38,247 nt of DNA from Gemmatimonadaceae bacterium (GTDB taxonomy: Bacteria; Gemmatimonadota; Gemmatimonadetes; Gemmatimonadales; Gemmatimonadaceae). The position numbers and the translations under genes were made by a program. The notes under the pieces were generated by a model. It had not been told where the DNA came from. It searched no databases and worked only from the letters and a program-made list of their open reading frames with translations. Every line of letters begins with the position of its first letter. Within the stretch, counting starts at the first letter, position 1. This document shows, piece by piece, positions 11,109 through 22,596 of this stretch. The stretch is taken from assembly GCA_033763905.1 (NCBI GenBank), contig JANRJP010000116.1:1-38247 (forward strand), read 5' to 3'.

Positions 11109-12235
11109 CGGCCCACCGCCACGCGATACAACGCTTCGTACTGGGCGACGATGCGGTCTTCGTCGTACCGCACGCGCACGTCAGCGGCGGCAGCACGACT
11201 CATCTGCGCCCAGCGAGTGTGATCCAGCAGCAGTTCCGCACCCGCGCGGCCCATCGCGTCGGCGTCACCGACCGGGAACAAGTAACCCGTCTCACCGTGC
11301 GTGACGACTTCGGGCAGGCCGCCCGCCTTGGTACCGATCACCGGGACACCCGACGCGAGCGCTTCGAGCGCACTCAACCCGAACGACTCGACATCGGTGG
11401 GCAGCAAGAGCAGATCGGCGTTCGCGAGCAGCGGGGCGACGGCATCGATGCGCCCCAGCGTGAGCACCCGGTCGTGCACCCCGAGCGCGCGGGCTTCGGC
11501 CTCGGCCGCGTCGCGATCGGGACCATCGCCGACGAGCACAAGCACGCTGTCCACCGAGGCCGCGATGCGGGCAAACGCGCGCACGACGTCGAGCACGCGC
11601 TTGACCGGCCGGAAGTTCGACACGTGCATCACGATCTTGCGCCCCGGACCGACCTGTTGCCGCAGATCGTCGGGGTAGCGGGCGCGATCGAAGATCGCGG
11701 GATTGACGAAGTTCGGGATGACCCGCACATCGCATCCCGTGCAGCCGAAGGCCCGGAAGGTCTCGTCCTTCAGGTACTGCGAGACGGCGGTCACGTGTTC
11801 GGACTTCTCGATCGAGAAGCGCGTGATGCTCTGATACGACGGATCCTGCCCGACGATCGTGATGTCGGTGCCGTGCAGCGTCGTGATCAGCGGCACGTCG
11901 CTGCCTTCCTTGCGGAGCATCTCCTTGGCGATCCACGCGCTCGTGGCGTGCGGAATCGCGTAGTGCACGTGGAGCAGCTCCAACTGATGCGAGAGCACGA
12001 CCTCGTGCATCCGCACGGCGAGCGCGAGATCGTAGGGCGGGTACTCGAAGAGCGGGTAGCGTCCGACGTCGACTTCGTGGAAGTAGATCCGCGGGCGGAA
12101 CTTCCGGAGCCGGAACGGCTGCTGGTAGGTGATGAAGTGCACCTCGTGGCCGCGCGCGGCGAGCGCGATGCCGAGTTCGGTCGCGAGCGCGCCCGAACCG
12201 CCGTAGGTGGGATAGCAGGTAATGCCGATCTTCAC
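11105..12235 (-). CDS. bshA: N-acetyl-alpha-D-glucosaminyl L-malate synthase (bacillithiol glycosyltransferase)
   Basis: KIGITCYPTYGGSG, HVHYAIPHA, TTLHGTDIT, HVSNFRPVKR, ESFGLSALEA; GTG start overlaps the miaA stop (GTGA). Confidence 0.92.
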
Positions 12236-13167
12236 GAAGACTCCTGGAACCACGCCAGCGCGTGCGCGCGGGCTTGAGACAGGTCGGGCGACAGGTGCTG
12301 AACGCGTGCCGCGGGGAGCTGGTGCCGATTCCACGTCCGCTGCCGCTTGGCATACTGGCGGGTGGCAATCACGATGGCGTCGCGCGCGGACGCCACGCTC
12401 CGCGTGCCGGCGACGACCTCGGCGACGACATCGTAGCCGGTGGCGTGCCAGGCCGGCGCCTCGGGCGGGACCGTCGCGCGCAGCGAGGCGACTTCGTCGA
12501 CCCAGCCGTTGCGGAGCATCGCCGCCGTGCGCTCGGCGATGCGCTCCCGCAGCACGGGGCCGGGGTCCACGACGAGGTATCGCAGCGGCAGTGCGGGCGC
12601 CGCGGGGGGCTCGGCCATCAACACCGATTGCGGGACACCGGCCAGCGTGGCGACCTCGATCGCGCGGAGCAGTTGCGCGCGGCCCAGATGCGCCCGTGCG
12701 GGGTCGAGCGTGCGCACCCGCGCGCGCAACACCTCGGTGTCGAGGGGCGCAAGTTCGGCCGCCAATGCGGCGCGCGCGTCGGCGTCGAGCGCGGGCTCGT
12801 TGAAGAGCGGCTCGGCGAGCGCGCGCACCCAGAGCCCGGTGCCACCAACGACCAGCACGGGCTGTCCCGCCGCGCGCGCGTCGGCGATCCAGCCGCGCGC
12901 CGCCTCGGCCCAGCGGGCCGCGTGCCAACGATCGGTCGGCGCTGCCACGTCCAAGCCCCGATGCGGCACACGACGCCGTTCGTCGGCCGTCGGTTTCGCG
13001 GTCCCGATGTCGAATCCGCGGTAGACTTGCCGCGAGTCGGCGCTCACGAGGACCGCACCGGTGGCTTCGGCAACGTGAAGCGCGATCGCCGACTTGCCGG
13101 CGGCGGTTGGACCGACGATGACCGACACCGCCGGTCCGTGCGTGGGGGACGAGTCTGCGCTGCCCAT
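12232..13167 (-). CDS. miaA: tRNA dimethylallyltransferase
   Basis: GPTAAGKS, VSADSRQVYRGFDIGTAKP, VGGTGLW, TRQYAKRQRTW. Confidence 0.95.
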   Translation of the reverse strand: MGSADSSPTHGPAVSVIVGPTAAGKSAIALHVAEATGAVLVSADSRQVYRGFDIGTAKPTADERRRVPHRGLDVAAPTDRWHAARWAEAARGWIADARAAGQPVLVVGGTGLWVRALAEPLFNEPALDADARAALAAELAPLDTEVLRARVRTLDPARAHLGRAQLLRAIEVATLAGVPQSVLMAEPPAAPALPLRYLVVDPGPVLRERIAERTAAMLRNGWVDEVASLRATVPPEAPAWHATGYDVVAEVVAGTRSVASARDAIVIATRQYAKRQRTWNRHQLPAARVQHLSPDLSQARAHALAWFQESS

Positions 13168-14924
13168 CAGGTGCGCCCGAAACGCCGATCGATCTCGTCC
13201 CAGCGCAGATGGACGACCGTCGAACGACCGTGCACGTCGTGCGCGGGAAGCTCCGTCGTCGCGAGCGCCGTGTAGAGCGCGCGCATCTCGTCGGGGGCGA
13301 GCGAGTCACCAGCCTTCACCGCCGCCTTGCAAGCCACGGTGGCGGCGAGGCGTTCGTGCTGCGCCGCGGCGGCCGCAAAGCGATCCGCGGTGAGCGTGGC
13401 CAGCGTCTCACGCAGACAGCGCTCGGCATCGAAGCGGGGATGCGGGGCGGGTACGGCCGAAATGAGCACCGTGTGTCCGCCGAAGCCCTCGGCGACATAG
13501 CCGAGCTTCTCGAACAGGGCGTGATGGCGCTCGAAGGCCTCGGCTTCGGCCGGCCCGAGATGCATCGTGAGCGGAAACAGCAATTGCTGCGACGGCGCGT
13601 GTCCCTCGTGCAACTGCCGCAGGAATCGCTCGTACAGAATGCGCTCGTGCGCGGAGTGCTGATCGATCAGCACGATCCCATCGTCACGCTCGAACATCAG
13701 GTACGTGCGTCCGATCTGCGTGAGCGGCGGAGTGACGATCGTCTGCGCGGCGGGCGCGGTCGGCGCGGTCACTACGGGGGCCGGCGCCGCGGCGAGTTCG
13801 GGCGCGGGGGCCGGCTCGTCGTCGCGCTGTTGCCAGAGCGGCACCTCGGGCACCACGTCCGCTGCCAGCAGCGTGCGTTCACCGAGTGGGGCGTAGGGCG
13901 CGGCCGCGCTGGGCTTCGGGCCGAACCACGCGCCGGCATCCAGCGTGCCGAGCGCTTGGCGCACCGCGGTTTCGACCGTGCGCTCCACCGGCCAGCGGTC
14001 GCGGAAGCGCACTTCCGCCTTGGCCGGGTGCACGTTGACGTCGACGAGATCGGCGGCCAGCTCGAGATCCAGAAACAGCGTCGGCCGCGTCCCCGCAGGG
14101 ATCGTGCTGCGGTACGCCGCTTCGGCCGCGCGGGTGAGGCCGTTGTCGCGAATCGCGCGTCCATTGACGCTCAGATACACCCGTCGCGTGGCCGTGCCGA
14201 CGTCTGCCGGTCGTTCCACCAACCCCGACACGCGGGTCGGCCCGAAGACGTGATCGACTGGCAGCAAGCGCTCGGCGAACGGTCCGCCCCAGATCGCGCC
14301 AAGGCGCGCGGCCATCGACGATGCCGGCGGCAACGCGAGGGTTTCCTTGCCATCGTGCACCAGGACGAAGCGGACGTGGCGCCGCCCGAGTGCGATCGTG
14401 GTGACCATCTCGGCGATCGCGCGCCATTCACTGCGCGCCCCGCGAAGGAAACGTTGCCGCGCCGGCGCGTTGAAGAACAGTTGGCGCACGCTGACGGTGG
14501 TCCCGCGTCGGCGCGCTGCGGGGACGACCTCAGTGATCACCCCACCGGCGGCGGTGACGCGGGTGCCGGCACCGTCGACCGTCGATGACTCCAGCACGAG
14601 TTGCGAGACGGAGCAGATCGCCGGCAAGGCTTCTCCACGAAAGCCGAACGAGGCCACGCCGACGAGATCGGCCGCCGCACGGATTTTCGAGGTGGCGTGG
14701 CGGGCGAGCGCGAGCGGCGCGTCCTCAGGATCCATCCCGTGTCCATCGTCGGCCACGCGAATCAACGCGCGACCACCCTCTTCGATGGTGATTTCGACCG
14801 TCGTGGCCTGCGCATCGAGGGCGTTCTCGACGAGTTCCTTGACCACGGAGGCCGGGCGCTCGACGACCTCGCCGGCCGCGATCTGGTCGGCAACGGTGCT
14901 GGCGAGGACGGCAATGCGTGGCAT
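13167..14924 (-). CDS. mutL: DNA mismatch repair endonuclease MutL
   Basis: QIAAGEVVERPASVVKELVENALDA, HATSKI, GFRGEAL, VDVNVHPAK, DQHSAHERILYE, ACK; ATG at 14924. Confidence 0.96.
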   Translation of the reverse strand: MPRIAVLASTVADQIAAGEVVERPASVVKELVENALDAQATTVEITIEEGGRALIRVADDGHGMDPEDAPLALARHATSKIRAAADLVGVASFGFRGEALPAICSVSQLVLESSTVDGAGTRVTAAGGVITEVVPAARRRGTTVSVRQLFFNAPARQRFLRGARSEWRAIAEMVTTIALGRRHVRFVLVHDGKETLALPPASSMAARLGAIWGGPFAERLLPVDHVFGPTRVSGLVERPADVGTATRRVYLSVNGRAIRDNGLTRAAEAAYRSTIPAGTRPTLFLDLELAADLVDVNVHPAKAEVRFRDRWPVERTVETAVRQALGTLDAGAWFGPKPSAAAPYAPLGERTLLAADVVPEVPLWQQRDDEPAPAPELAAAPAPVVTAPTAPAAQTIVTPPLTQIGRTYLMFERDDGIVLIDQHSAHERILYERFLRQLHEGHAPSQQLLFPLTMHLGPAEAEAFERHHALFEKLGYVAEGFGGHTVLISAVPAPHPRFDAERCLRETLATLTADRFAAAAAQHERLAATVACKAAVKAGDSLAPDEMRALYTALATTELPAHDVHGRSTVVHLRWDEIDRRFGRT

Positions 14925-14943
14925 CCCGAAAGATACCCCGACG

Positions 14944-17037
14944 TCAGGGCAGGCCGGACCCCGAGAGTGCGTCGAGATGCTGGGTTTCGATCCATCCCTC
15001 GCGACCACCGGGCAGGCGCACCGAGACCCATCCGTCGCGGCGCGTGGCGATCTGCACCACTTCGCCAGTCGCGAGGGACGTGACCGGATCGGCCCCGAGC
15101 GCGGGCAGTGCCCGGAGCCGCTCGGCGCGCAGGACCACGGCGAGGTCCGTGCCTCGCTCGCGCGTGCGGGCGAGACCGGCCACCGTGCCGGTCGCTACGG
15201 CGAGCGCGACGAGCAGTGCGGCGGGAAATGAGCCCGCGAGCGCGAGCGCGCCCCAGCCGACGACCCAGAGCCCGATGGCCGTGAAGGCCAGCTCGCGCGC
15301 GCCGATCGGCCAGATCGTGACCGGGTCGGCGAGACTCCGTTCGGGGCCCGGCAAGAGCGCCAAGCGCTGCCGCACATCGCTGGCCAACGGCTCCAGCCGC
15401 AGCGCGCGCTGCCAGCCAGCGGCCGCTCGCCCTGAGTCGCCGAGGACGAAGGCCACGGTGCCGACGTTCGCCCAGGCATCGGGCGATGTGGGGGCTGCCG
15501 CAACCGCCGACGCGAAACGATCGCGCGCTTCGGTCATCCGGCCTGCGGCGTATGCGCTGGCGCCGAGCGCAAACTGCTCGCGCGGATCGACCGACGGGCC
15601 GGCGGACGCGCGCCACGCCAGCACCGGCGCCACGGCGCCGAGTAGCGAGGCGCCGCCCAAGGCCACCGTGGCAATGACGCGCGCGGCCGCTCGGCGGAAG
15701 CGCGGCGCCATCTCGCGGCGGACTTGGCGCAAGAGCGCGTCGGCCCCGACCTCGAGTGCGGCACGTGCCGCGGGATCGGCCGCCGGGCCGTACGCCGCGC
15801 GACCGAGTGCGTCATCGAGCGCGGCCGCGCGCGCGGCGGTCTCCGCCGTGACGCCACAGCGGCGCAAGGCGCGCTCCAGATCCTGCCGACTGGCCCCGAC
15901 GGGAATCCGCGCCTCGCGTCGCAGCGCATCCGTGGCGCGCGTCGGTGACGCCGACGGCACCGCGCGGTCAGCGACCGGCGACGCGGCGCCGCGCATTCGG
16001 ACCTCGACCCGCGTGCGTCGCCGACGCCGTGCCAGCGGCACGGCCAGCATCGGTGCGGCACCGAGGACCAGCCACCATCCCCACTGCTGCCACGGCGGTG
16101 TCGGCGGCGCGAGACGGAAGCGCGTGCGAATCGTGGGCAGCGGCTCGCCCGCCGCCGTGGTCGGTACTGCACGCGCACCGTCCGCCGTCACGGCCGCGGG
16201 CCGCACTTCGAGCGACTCCGGCGGCGTCATCACGACGTCGTAGCGTTGCCCGTCCGGATTCCAGACCGGGTAGCGCTGCGGGGGCACGACCTGTGCGCCG
16301 GCGACCTTGGGCGTGACGATCCACTCGAAGGTCTTCTCGCCAACCACCGCCAAGCGCACCGAATCGAGCACGACGCGATCGCCGGCGGGCACGACATCGG
16401 CCCACGGCACCTGCAACCGCGGCCGCGGCCAGAGGTTGACATTGCCCCGCCCGCGTACGCGCATCGTGACGGTGACCGGTTCGCCGACTCGCGCGGTACG
16501 TGCGGCGATGCCGAGCGACGTCGACAAGCTGCCCACCGCACCATCCCAGTCGTCGGGTCGACCGGCCCTCGGCGCGTCTCGTGCCACCAGAGTGACCGAG
16601 GGGGAGCGCACGCTGTAGGTCTCTTCCCGCGAGAAGAAGGACGACGACAGCGGCACCGCGTAGCTGAGGCGCGCCGGCGGCACGTCCACTCGGCCCGGCG
16701 CGAGCGGGAAGATGGCGCGTTGGAAGACGTGCACCTCCCACGGCGCGCCGGCCAGCATCACGCGCTCGTAGCGTGTGTAGCTCCCGGGCGGATCGTAGGC
16801 GAGGACGGCGCGCAACTCCGGCGGCACGAACTCCGGGTTGCGGCGTAGCCGCGCGCGGACTTCGTCGCTGACGAAGACCGCGACCTGGTACAGCGCCTGT
16901 TCGCCCACGGTCACGGTCTCGGGCGAGACCGCGGCGGCGAAATTGACGCCGGCCTTGGGGTCGATCCGCGCGGTGCGGATCACCGTCGGCAACTGCGCGG
17001 CCGCGACCTGCAGCACGAGCGAGAGCGCGGCGATCAC
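14944..17037 (-). CDS. BatD-like protein fused to a TPR + SH3-like (BatE-like) C-terminus
   Basis: Signal-like N-terminus; BatD-like beta-sandwich segments (VTVGEQ, GAVG, VGEPVTVTMRVRGRGN); TM segment; TPR (DAWANVG..AAAGWQRALRLEP); C-terminal SH3-like GEVVQI..GWVSVRL..GREGWI. Confidence 0.7.
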   Translation of the reverse strand: MIAALSLVLQVAAAQLPTVIRTARIDPKAGVNFAAAVSPETVTVGEQALYQVAVFVSDEVRARLRRNPEFVPPELRAVLAYDPPGSYTRYERVMLAGAPWEVHVFQRAIFPLAPGRVDVPPARLSYAVPLSSSFFSREETYSVRSPSVTLVARDAPRAGRPDDWDGAVGSLSTSLGIAARTARVGEPVTVTMRVRGRGNVNLWPRPRLQVPWADVVPAGDRVVLDSVRLAVVGEKTFEWIVTPKVAGAQVVPPQRYPVWNPDGQRYDVVMTPPESLEVRPAAVTADGARAVPTTAAGEPLPTIRTRFRLAPPTPPWQQWGWWLVLGAAPMLAVPLARRRRRTRVEVRMRGAASPVADRAVPSASPTRATDALRREARIPVGASRQDLERALRRCGVTAETAARAAALDDALGRAAYGPAADPAARAALEVGADALLRQVRREMAPRFRRAAARVIATVALGGASLLGAVAPVLAWRASAGPSVDPREQFALGASAYAAGRMTEARDRFASAVAAAPTSPDAWANVGTVAFVLGDSGRAAAGWQRALRLEPLASDVRQRLALLPGPERSLADPVTIWPIGARELAFTAIGLWVVGWGALALAGSFPAALLVALAVATGTVAGLARTRERGTDLAVVLRAERLRALPALGADPVTSLATGEVVQIATRRDGWVSVRLPGGREGWIETQHLDALSGSGLP

Positions 17038-18722
17038 CAGTCCTTCCCCTGCGGCGGACCGTCCGGGCGGGCGCGACGCTGACGGCGCTCCTGCGTATCG
17101 CGCTCATCGCGCGCGGCGTTCTCAAGCAACTGCCGCGCCTGCGCCGACGACAGGCCGCCAGCCGGTGGCGCGCCATCCTGCGGCTCCGGTCGCGCACTGC
17201 CGCCGTCTTCGGGACGCGGTGCCCCGCCCTCTTCCGGCGGTTGCTGTCGCTTGGCGAGCTCGTAGTTCCAGCGGGCGTCTTCGTCGCGCGGGTGCGCGAG
17301 CAACACCTGCCGGTACGTGGCCGCGGCCTGCTGCGCGGCGCCTTGCGCCGAGTCACCACCGACGCGCGCCCGCTTGAGGTGTGCGAGCCCCAGGTTGAAC
17401 AGCGCGCGATCGCGCACATCGGCCGGCGCGCTGCGCGCGACGCGCTCCAAGGTCTCGATCGCGGCGCTCAGCGAATCGGCGGCCAGCAGGGCGGTGCCCA
17501 GATTGTACATCGTCTCGGGACGACGGTCCCCGTTCTGTACCGCGGTCCGGTACTCACGAATTGCGGCCGGGAAGTCGCCGCGACGATAGGGCTCACTGCC
17601 CTGCTGCAGCGCGGGCAATGGCCACGAGCTGCCCATCGCGAGCCCGGCGCCAAGCAGGGCGACCGCCACGCGCGTGGCCACGCCCACCGGGGCCGGTGGG
17701 CCGGCGACCGCGCCCGTCGGGCGGCGGCGGCGGGACAGTCCCGCGCGGGCATCCCAGAACAACACGGCGAACGCCGGCCAGAGGAACCAGTGAAACCGCG
17801 GCAGGCCGGCGGCGGTCTCTTCGATGGCCCGTCGTTCGGCACGCAGTCGCGAGAGCGACTGGCGGATGCGCGCGGCCTTGTCGGTGGCGTCGGTCGCGAC
17901 GTACGTGCCCCGTGCGAGGCTCGCCACGCGCGCGAGGGTGGTGGGATCGTGCTTCGTCACGACGTCTTGCCCACTGTCGTCGCGCTTGGTGGAGCCGTCG
18001 GCCATCGGGATCGTGCTGCCGCCGGTGCTCCCGACCCCGACCGACACGAGATGCATTCCCGCCTGTGCGATCCGCGCGGCTTCGGCATCGACGGCCGGCG
18101 CGTCATCCCAGATCTCGCCGTCGCTCAACACCACGATCGCGCGATCCCCGCCGCCGCGGCTCGCCGCCAGCAGGTCGTGCGCCTGCCGCAGCGCGGGCGC
18201 GAGCATACTGCCGGCCTGCCCCACCACCGACGGATCGAGATTGTCGAGGTACAGCTCGAGCGCACCGCCATCCGCGGTGAGTGGCGTGAGCAGATACGCC
18301 CGGCCGGCGAAGGCGATCAAGGCAAAGCGGTCCCCCGGGCCCGACGCGCGCAGGCGCCGGATTTCCTGCTTCACGCGCGCCAACCGCGACGGACGTTCAT
18401 CCGGCGCGAGCATCGACAACGACGCATCGACGACGAGCGCAACGTCGATGCCTTCGCGACGCACGGTGGTCTTCTCCTGCCCCCACCGCGGCCCGGCCAG
18501 TGCAATGCCCGCCAGCAGCGCGAACATCGCCAGCCGCCCGCGGCGTGCGCGACCGGCGGCCAAGGCCGAGGCTGGCGCGAGCAGCGCGAGCAGATCAGCG
18601 GCCGCGTAGCGCGCCAGCCGGGTGCGTCGCCGACGCTCGGCCCACCACGCCAGCCCCAGCAACACGATCGCGGCGCCCGCGCCCGCCATCAGCCAGCCGG
18701 GATGATCGGGGAAGATGCGCAT
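17034..18722 (-). CDS. VWA domain + TPR protein (BatB/BatC-like fusion)
   Basis: ALAGPRWG, MIDAS motif VDASLSM, LIAFAG, PLTAD, LSDGE; C-terminal TPRs (YNLGTAL, FNLGLA, DARWNYELA) and a KDW terminus. Confidence 0.8.
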   Translation of the reverse strand: MRIFPDHPGWLMAGAGAAIVLLGLAWWAERRRRTRLARYAAADLLALLAPASALAAGRARRGRLAMFALLAGIALAGPRWGQEKTTVRREGIDVALVVDASLSMLAPDERPSRLARVKQEIRRLRASGPGDRFALIAFAGRAYLLTPLTADGGALELYLDNLDPSVVGQAGSMLAPALRQAHDLLAASRGGGDRAIVVLSDGEIWDDAPAVDAEAARIAQAGMHLVSVGVGSTGGSTIPMADGSTKRDDSGQDVVTKHDPTTLARVASLARGTYVATDATDKAARIRQSLSRLRAERRAIEETAAGLPRFHWFLWPAFAVLFWDARAGLSRRRRPTGAVAGPPAPVGVATRVAVALLGAGLAMGSSWPLPALQQGSEPYRRGDFPAAIREYRTAVQNGDRRPETMYNLGTALLAADSLSAAIETLERVARSAPADVRDRALFNLGLAHLKRARVGGDSAQGAAQQAAATYRQVLLAHPRDEDARWNYELAKRQQPPEEGGAPRPEDGGSARPEPQDGAPPAGGLSSAQARQLLENAARDERDTQERRQRRARPDGPPQGKDW

Positions 18723-19744
18723 CACGGGACGGGCCCTCGCCACGCGAGCAGGGCGAGCTCCAGCGCCACACAGACCAGCGCCAGCCCGAGCGGCCAGCGG
18801 TACTGTTCGTCGTAGCGCATTCCCACCCTGGCGCGAACCGGTGAGCGCTCGAGCTGATCGATCTGCTCGTAGATGCGCTGCAAGGCGGCTGCGTCTCGCG
18901 CGCGGAAGTAGCGACCACCGGTCGTCTTCGCGACGTCCTGCAACAGCGCCTCGTCGATGCGCACCGGCCGATTCTCGTAGCGCAGGCCGAACAGTCCGCG
19001 CCCAACGGGCACCGGGGCCAACCCATCGGTGCCGACGCCGATCGTGTAGATGCGCACCCCGAGCGCCGCTGCCGCCTGGGCGGCGGTACGCGGATCGATC
19101 GCCCCACGATTGTTCTCGCCGTCGGTCAGCAGGATCATCACCCGCGATGCACCCGCGGCGTCGCGCAGGCGATTCGCCGATGTGGCGATGGCCGTGCCGA
19201 TCGCCGTGCCGTCCTCGAGCATCCCCGACTGCAGATTGTCGGCCGCGGCGAGCAGAATCGGCTGGTCGACCGCCAGCGGCACTTGGGTCAGCGCCTCCCC
19301 CGCAAACGCCACAATGCCGATCCGATCATTGGGCCGGCTGATGATGAACTGCTTGAGCTTGTCCTTGGCGACTTCGAGCCGGTTCTGCGGCTGGAAGTCC
19401 TCGGCGAGCATCGACGTCGAGATGTCGAGCGCCACCACGATGCTGATGCCTTCGCGCGTCACATCCTCGACGCCATACCCGACACGCGGGCGGGCGAGCG
19501 CCACGATGCAGCCGACCAGCGCCACGCTGCGCAGGGCCACCAACGCGCGAGGCACCGCGCGACCGCGCCGCTGCCCGGCCAGCAGCGGCACGGCGCGCGC
19601 GTGGAGCAAGGCGGGCACGACCGATCGCGCGCGACGCCACCACCACCACGGCAGCACCAGCAACAGCAGCAGCGCCCACGGCGCGCCGAATTCCGTGCCC
19701 GGCGGGATCCACGCACCCAGGGGAGAGGCCGTCCACCACGTCAC
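18722..19744 (-). CDS. VWA domain protein, BatA-like
   Basis: N-terminal TM, ALARP, LDISTSMLAEDF..NRLE, DRIGIVAFAG, DGTAIG, ILLTDGENN, IYTIGVG, TGGRYFRA, C-terminal TM. Confidence 0.88.
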   Translation of the reverse strand: MTWWTASPLGAWIPPGTEFGAPWALLLLLVLPWWWWRRARSVVPALLHARAVPLLAGQRRGRAVPRALVALRSVALVGCIVALARPRVGYGVEDVTREGISIVVALDISTSMLAEDFQPQNRLEVAKDKLKQFIISRPNDRIGIVAFAGEALTQVPLAVDQPILLAAADNLQSGMLEDGTAIGTAIATSANRLRDAAGASRVMILLTDGENNRGAIDPRTAAQAAAALGVRIYTIGVGTDGLAPVPVGRGLFGLRYENRPVRIDEALLQDVAKTTGGRYFRARDAAALQRIYEQIDQLERSPVRARVGMRYDEQYRWPLGLALVCVALELALLAWRGPVP

Positions 19745-20622
19745 GCGGCGACTCCTGGCTGCAGCAGCTCGACCAGCGCGCGGGCTTCGGCGAGTGCCCG
19801 TGTCGCCCGCTCTACGCTGACCGGCGTGCGGCCGTAGCGTGCGGCATCCGCGTCTTCGAGCAGGGTGATCACGCGCACCATCGGCACCCCCGCGAGGGGC
19901 GTGCGCGCGAGTTCGTCCGTGGTGAGCACGCGCGCGCGGGGGGACAGTTCGCCCAGCGCCTCGCGGACCGCATCAGCCGCTCCGAGCAGCACGCGCGCGG
20001 GTTCTCCGGCGGTGTGCAGTTGCATCGCGTCGAGCGCCGCAAGCGCCGCCCGCGGATCGCGACGCGTCGCGGGGATCTCCGCTGGGCGAGCCACCGGGCG
20101 ACGTCGCATCGCCCACCAGACGAGCGCCGCGCCAACGAGCAGCGCCAGCGCGATCAGCAACGCATCGCGCCAGTAGAAGGTCTCGAGGCGAAACGGCTCA
20201 CGCGCCGGCTTCGGCTCCACCTGCTCACCCGAGGGCAACACCGACGTCACGGTGACCGGCACCGGCGCGACCGCGACGCGCTCGGCGACGCCATCACGCT
20301 CACGCACGACGGCGCCGAAGGGAATGCGCCGCTCGCCCACGTCCCAGGCCACCAAGGCGTAGGTGGCGATCGCGTCGATCGAGTCCGGCCCCGCCGCGCG
20401 CGTCGAGACTACCGAGGACCGCACCGCTTCGATCACGCCGGAATCGGGGCCCACGGGAAACGCGACGGTCGTGCCGACGGGCACGCGGGTGCGCAGGACC
20501 AGCGTGAAGGGGGCGCCGACGCGAATGCCGCCCGCGGGCGCGATGGCGACCACCGACGACGCCGCAGCGGGCGGCGGCGCGGCGCTGTCGCTGCGCGGCT
20601 GGGGCGCCGACGGCCAGCTCAC
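19741..20622 (-). CDS. Bat-cluster single-TM membrane protein (hypothetical)
   Basis: Beta-rich N-terminal part, one TM (ALLIALALLVGAALVWWAM) followed by RRR, then LTTDEL and DAARYG; coupled to both neighbours. Confidence 0.6.
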   Translation of the reverse strand: MSWPSAPQPRSDSAAPPPAAASSVVAIAPAGGIRVGAPFTLVLRTRVPVGTTVAFPVGPDSGVIEAVRSSVVSTRAAGPDSIDAIATYALVAWDVGERRIPFGAVVRERDGVAERVAVAPVPVTVTSVLPSGEQVEPKPAREPFRLETFYWRDALLIALALLVGAALVWWAMRRRPVARPAEIPATRRDPRAALAALDAMQLHTAGEPARVLLGAADAVREALGELSPRARVLTTDELARTPLAGVPMVRVITLLEDADAARYGRTPVSVERATRALAEARALVELLQPGVAA

Positions 20623-21554
20623 GCCCGTCCGCCCCGCTGACGGCCGCGCAGGTAGCGCAGCATCGGGTCGACGAACCCGGTGTCCGTGCCCACGACGACG
20701 ACATCGGCGCCGGCCGCGCGCAGCATCTTGTCTCGGCCTTCACGCGCGGCGCGCGCGCGCCGCGCAAAAATGCCGCGGACGGCGGGGTCACTCGTATCGA
20801 CTTCGATGCCCGCCCCGGTCTCCGGGTCGGCGAGTCGCGCCACGCCGACATCCGGCAACTCGAACTCGGCCGGATCCTCCACGGGCACTGCAATGACTTC
20901 GTGCTTGAGTGCGAGCCGTCGCATCGTGCGTTCGGCATCCGGCGCATCGAAGTCCGAGATCACGAAGATCACGCCCCGCTGCGGCAATGCGGCGGCGCAG
21001 GCGTCGGCCGCCGGCATCAGCAACGTGCTGCGCCGCGCGTCGCCCGGACCCACCTGCCATGCGAGGACATCGCGCGCAGTGGCCAAGGCGTGCCGGCGTC
21101 CCTTCCGCGGCGGGCGCACCAGTTCCAGCCGATCGGTCACGGCGAGCACCCCCACGCGATCGTTCTGCCGCGCCGCCGTGAGGACGATGGCGGCGGCGAG
21201 CTCCGCGGCCACCTCGCCCTTGAGCTGGCGCGTCGTCCCGAACCAGGCCGAGCCCGACACGTCGAGAATCACGAGCACGCTCAACTCGCGCTCTTCGACG
21301 TACCGGCGGACGTGCGGGCGACGCATCCGGGCGGTGACCTTCCAGTCGATCGTGCGGACTTCGTCGCCGGGCTGGTACTCGCGCAACTCGGCGAACTCGA
21401 TCCCGTGTCCCTTGAAGACGGCCTGGTACGCACCGCCAAACTGCCCCGCGACGAGCCGCTTGGCACGCAGATCGAGCAACTTGACCGCCCGCACGACCTC
21501 GGGAGGCGTCGTGACCGGCGGCGCGGGCGCTGCGGTGCGGGATGGGACCGCCAC
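20619..21554 (-). CDS. DUF58 domain protein (MoxR partner)
   Basis: FKGHGIEFAELREYQPGDEVRTIDWKVTAR, EERE, DVSGS, ISDF. Confidence 0.9.
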   Translation of the reverse strand: MAVPSRTAAPAPPVTTPPEVVRAVKLLDLRAKRLVAGQFGGAYQAVFKGHGIEFAELREYQPGDEVRTIDWKVTARMRRPHVRRYVEERELSVLVILDVSGSAWFGTTRQLKGEVAAELAAAIVLTAARQNDRVGVLAVTDRLELVRPPRKGRRHALATARDVLAWQVGPGDARRSTLLMPAADACAAALPQRGVIFVISDFDAPDAERTMRRLALKHEVIAVPVEDPAEFELPDVGVARLADPETGAGIEVDTSDPAVRGIFARRARAAREGRDKMLRAAGADVVVVGTDTGFVDPMLRYLRGRQRGGRA

Positions 21555-21571
21555 GGGAGGCGTGCGTCCGA

Positions 21572-22561
<990 letters not shown>

Positions 22562-22596
22562 TCGTGCCTCGTGTGTGTTGTAGGGACGACGGAAAT

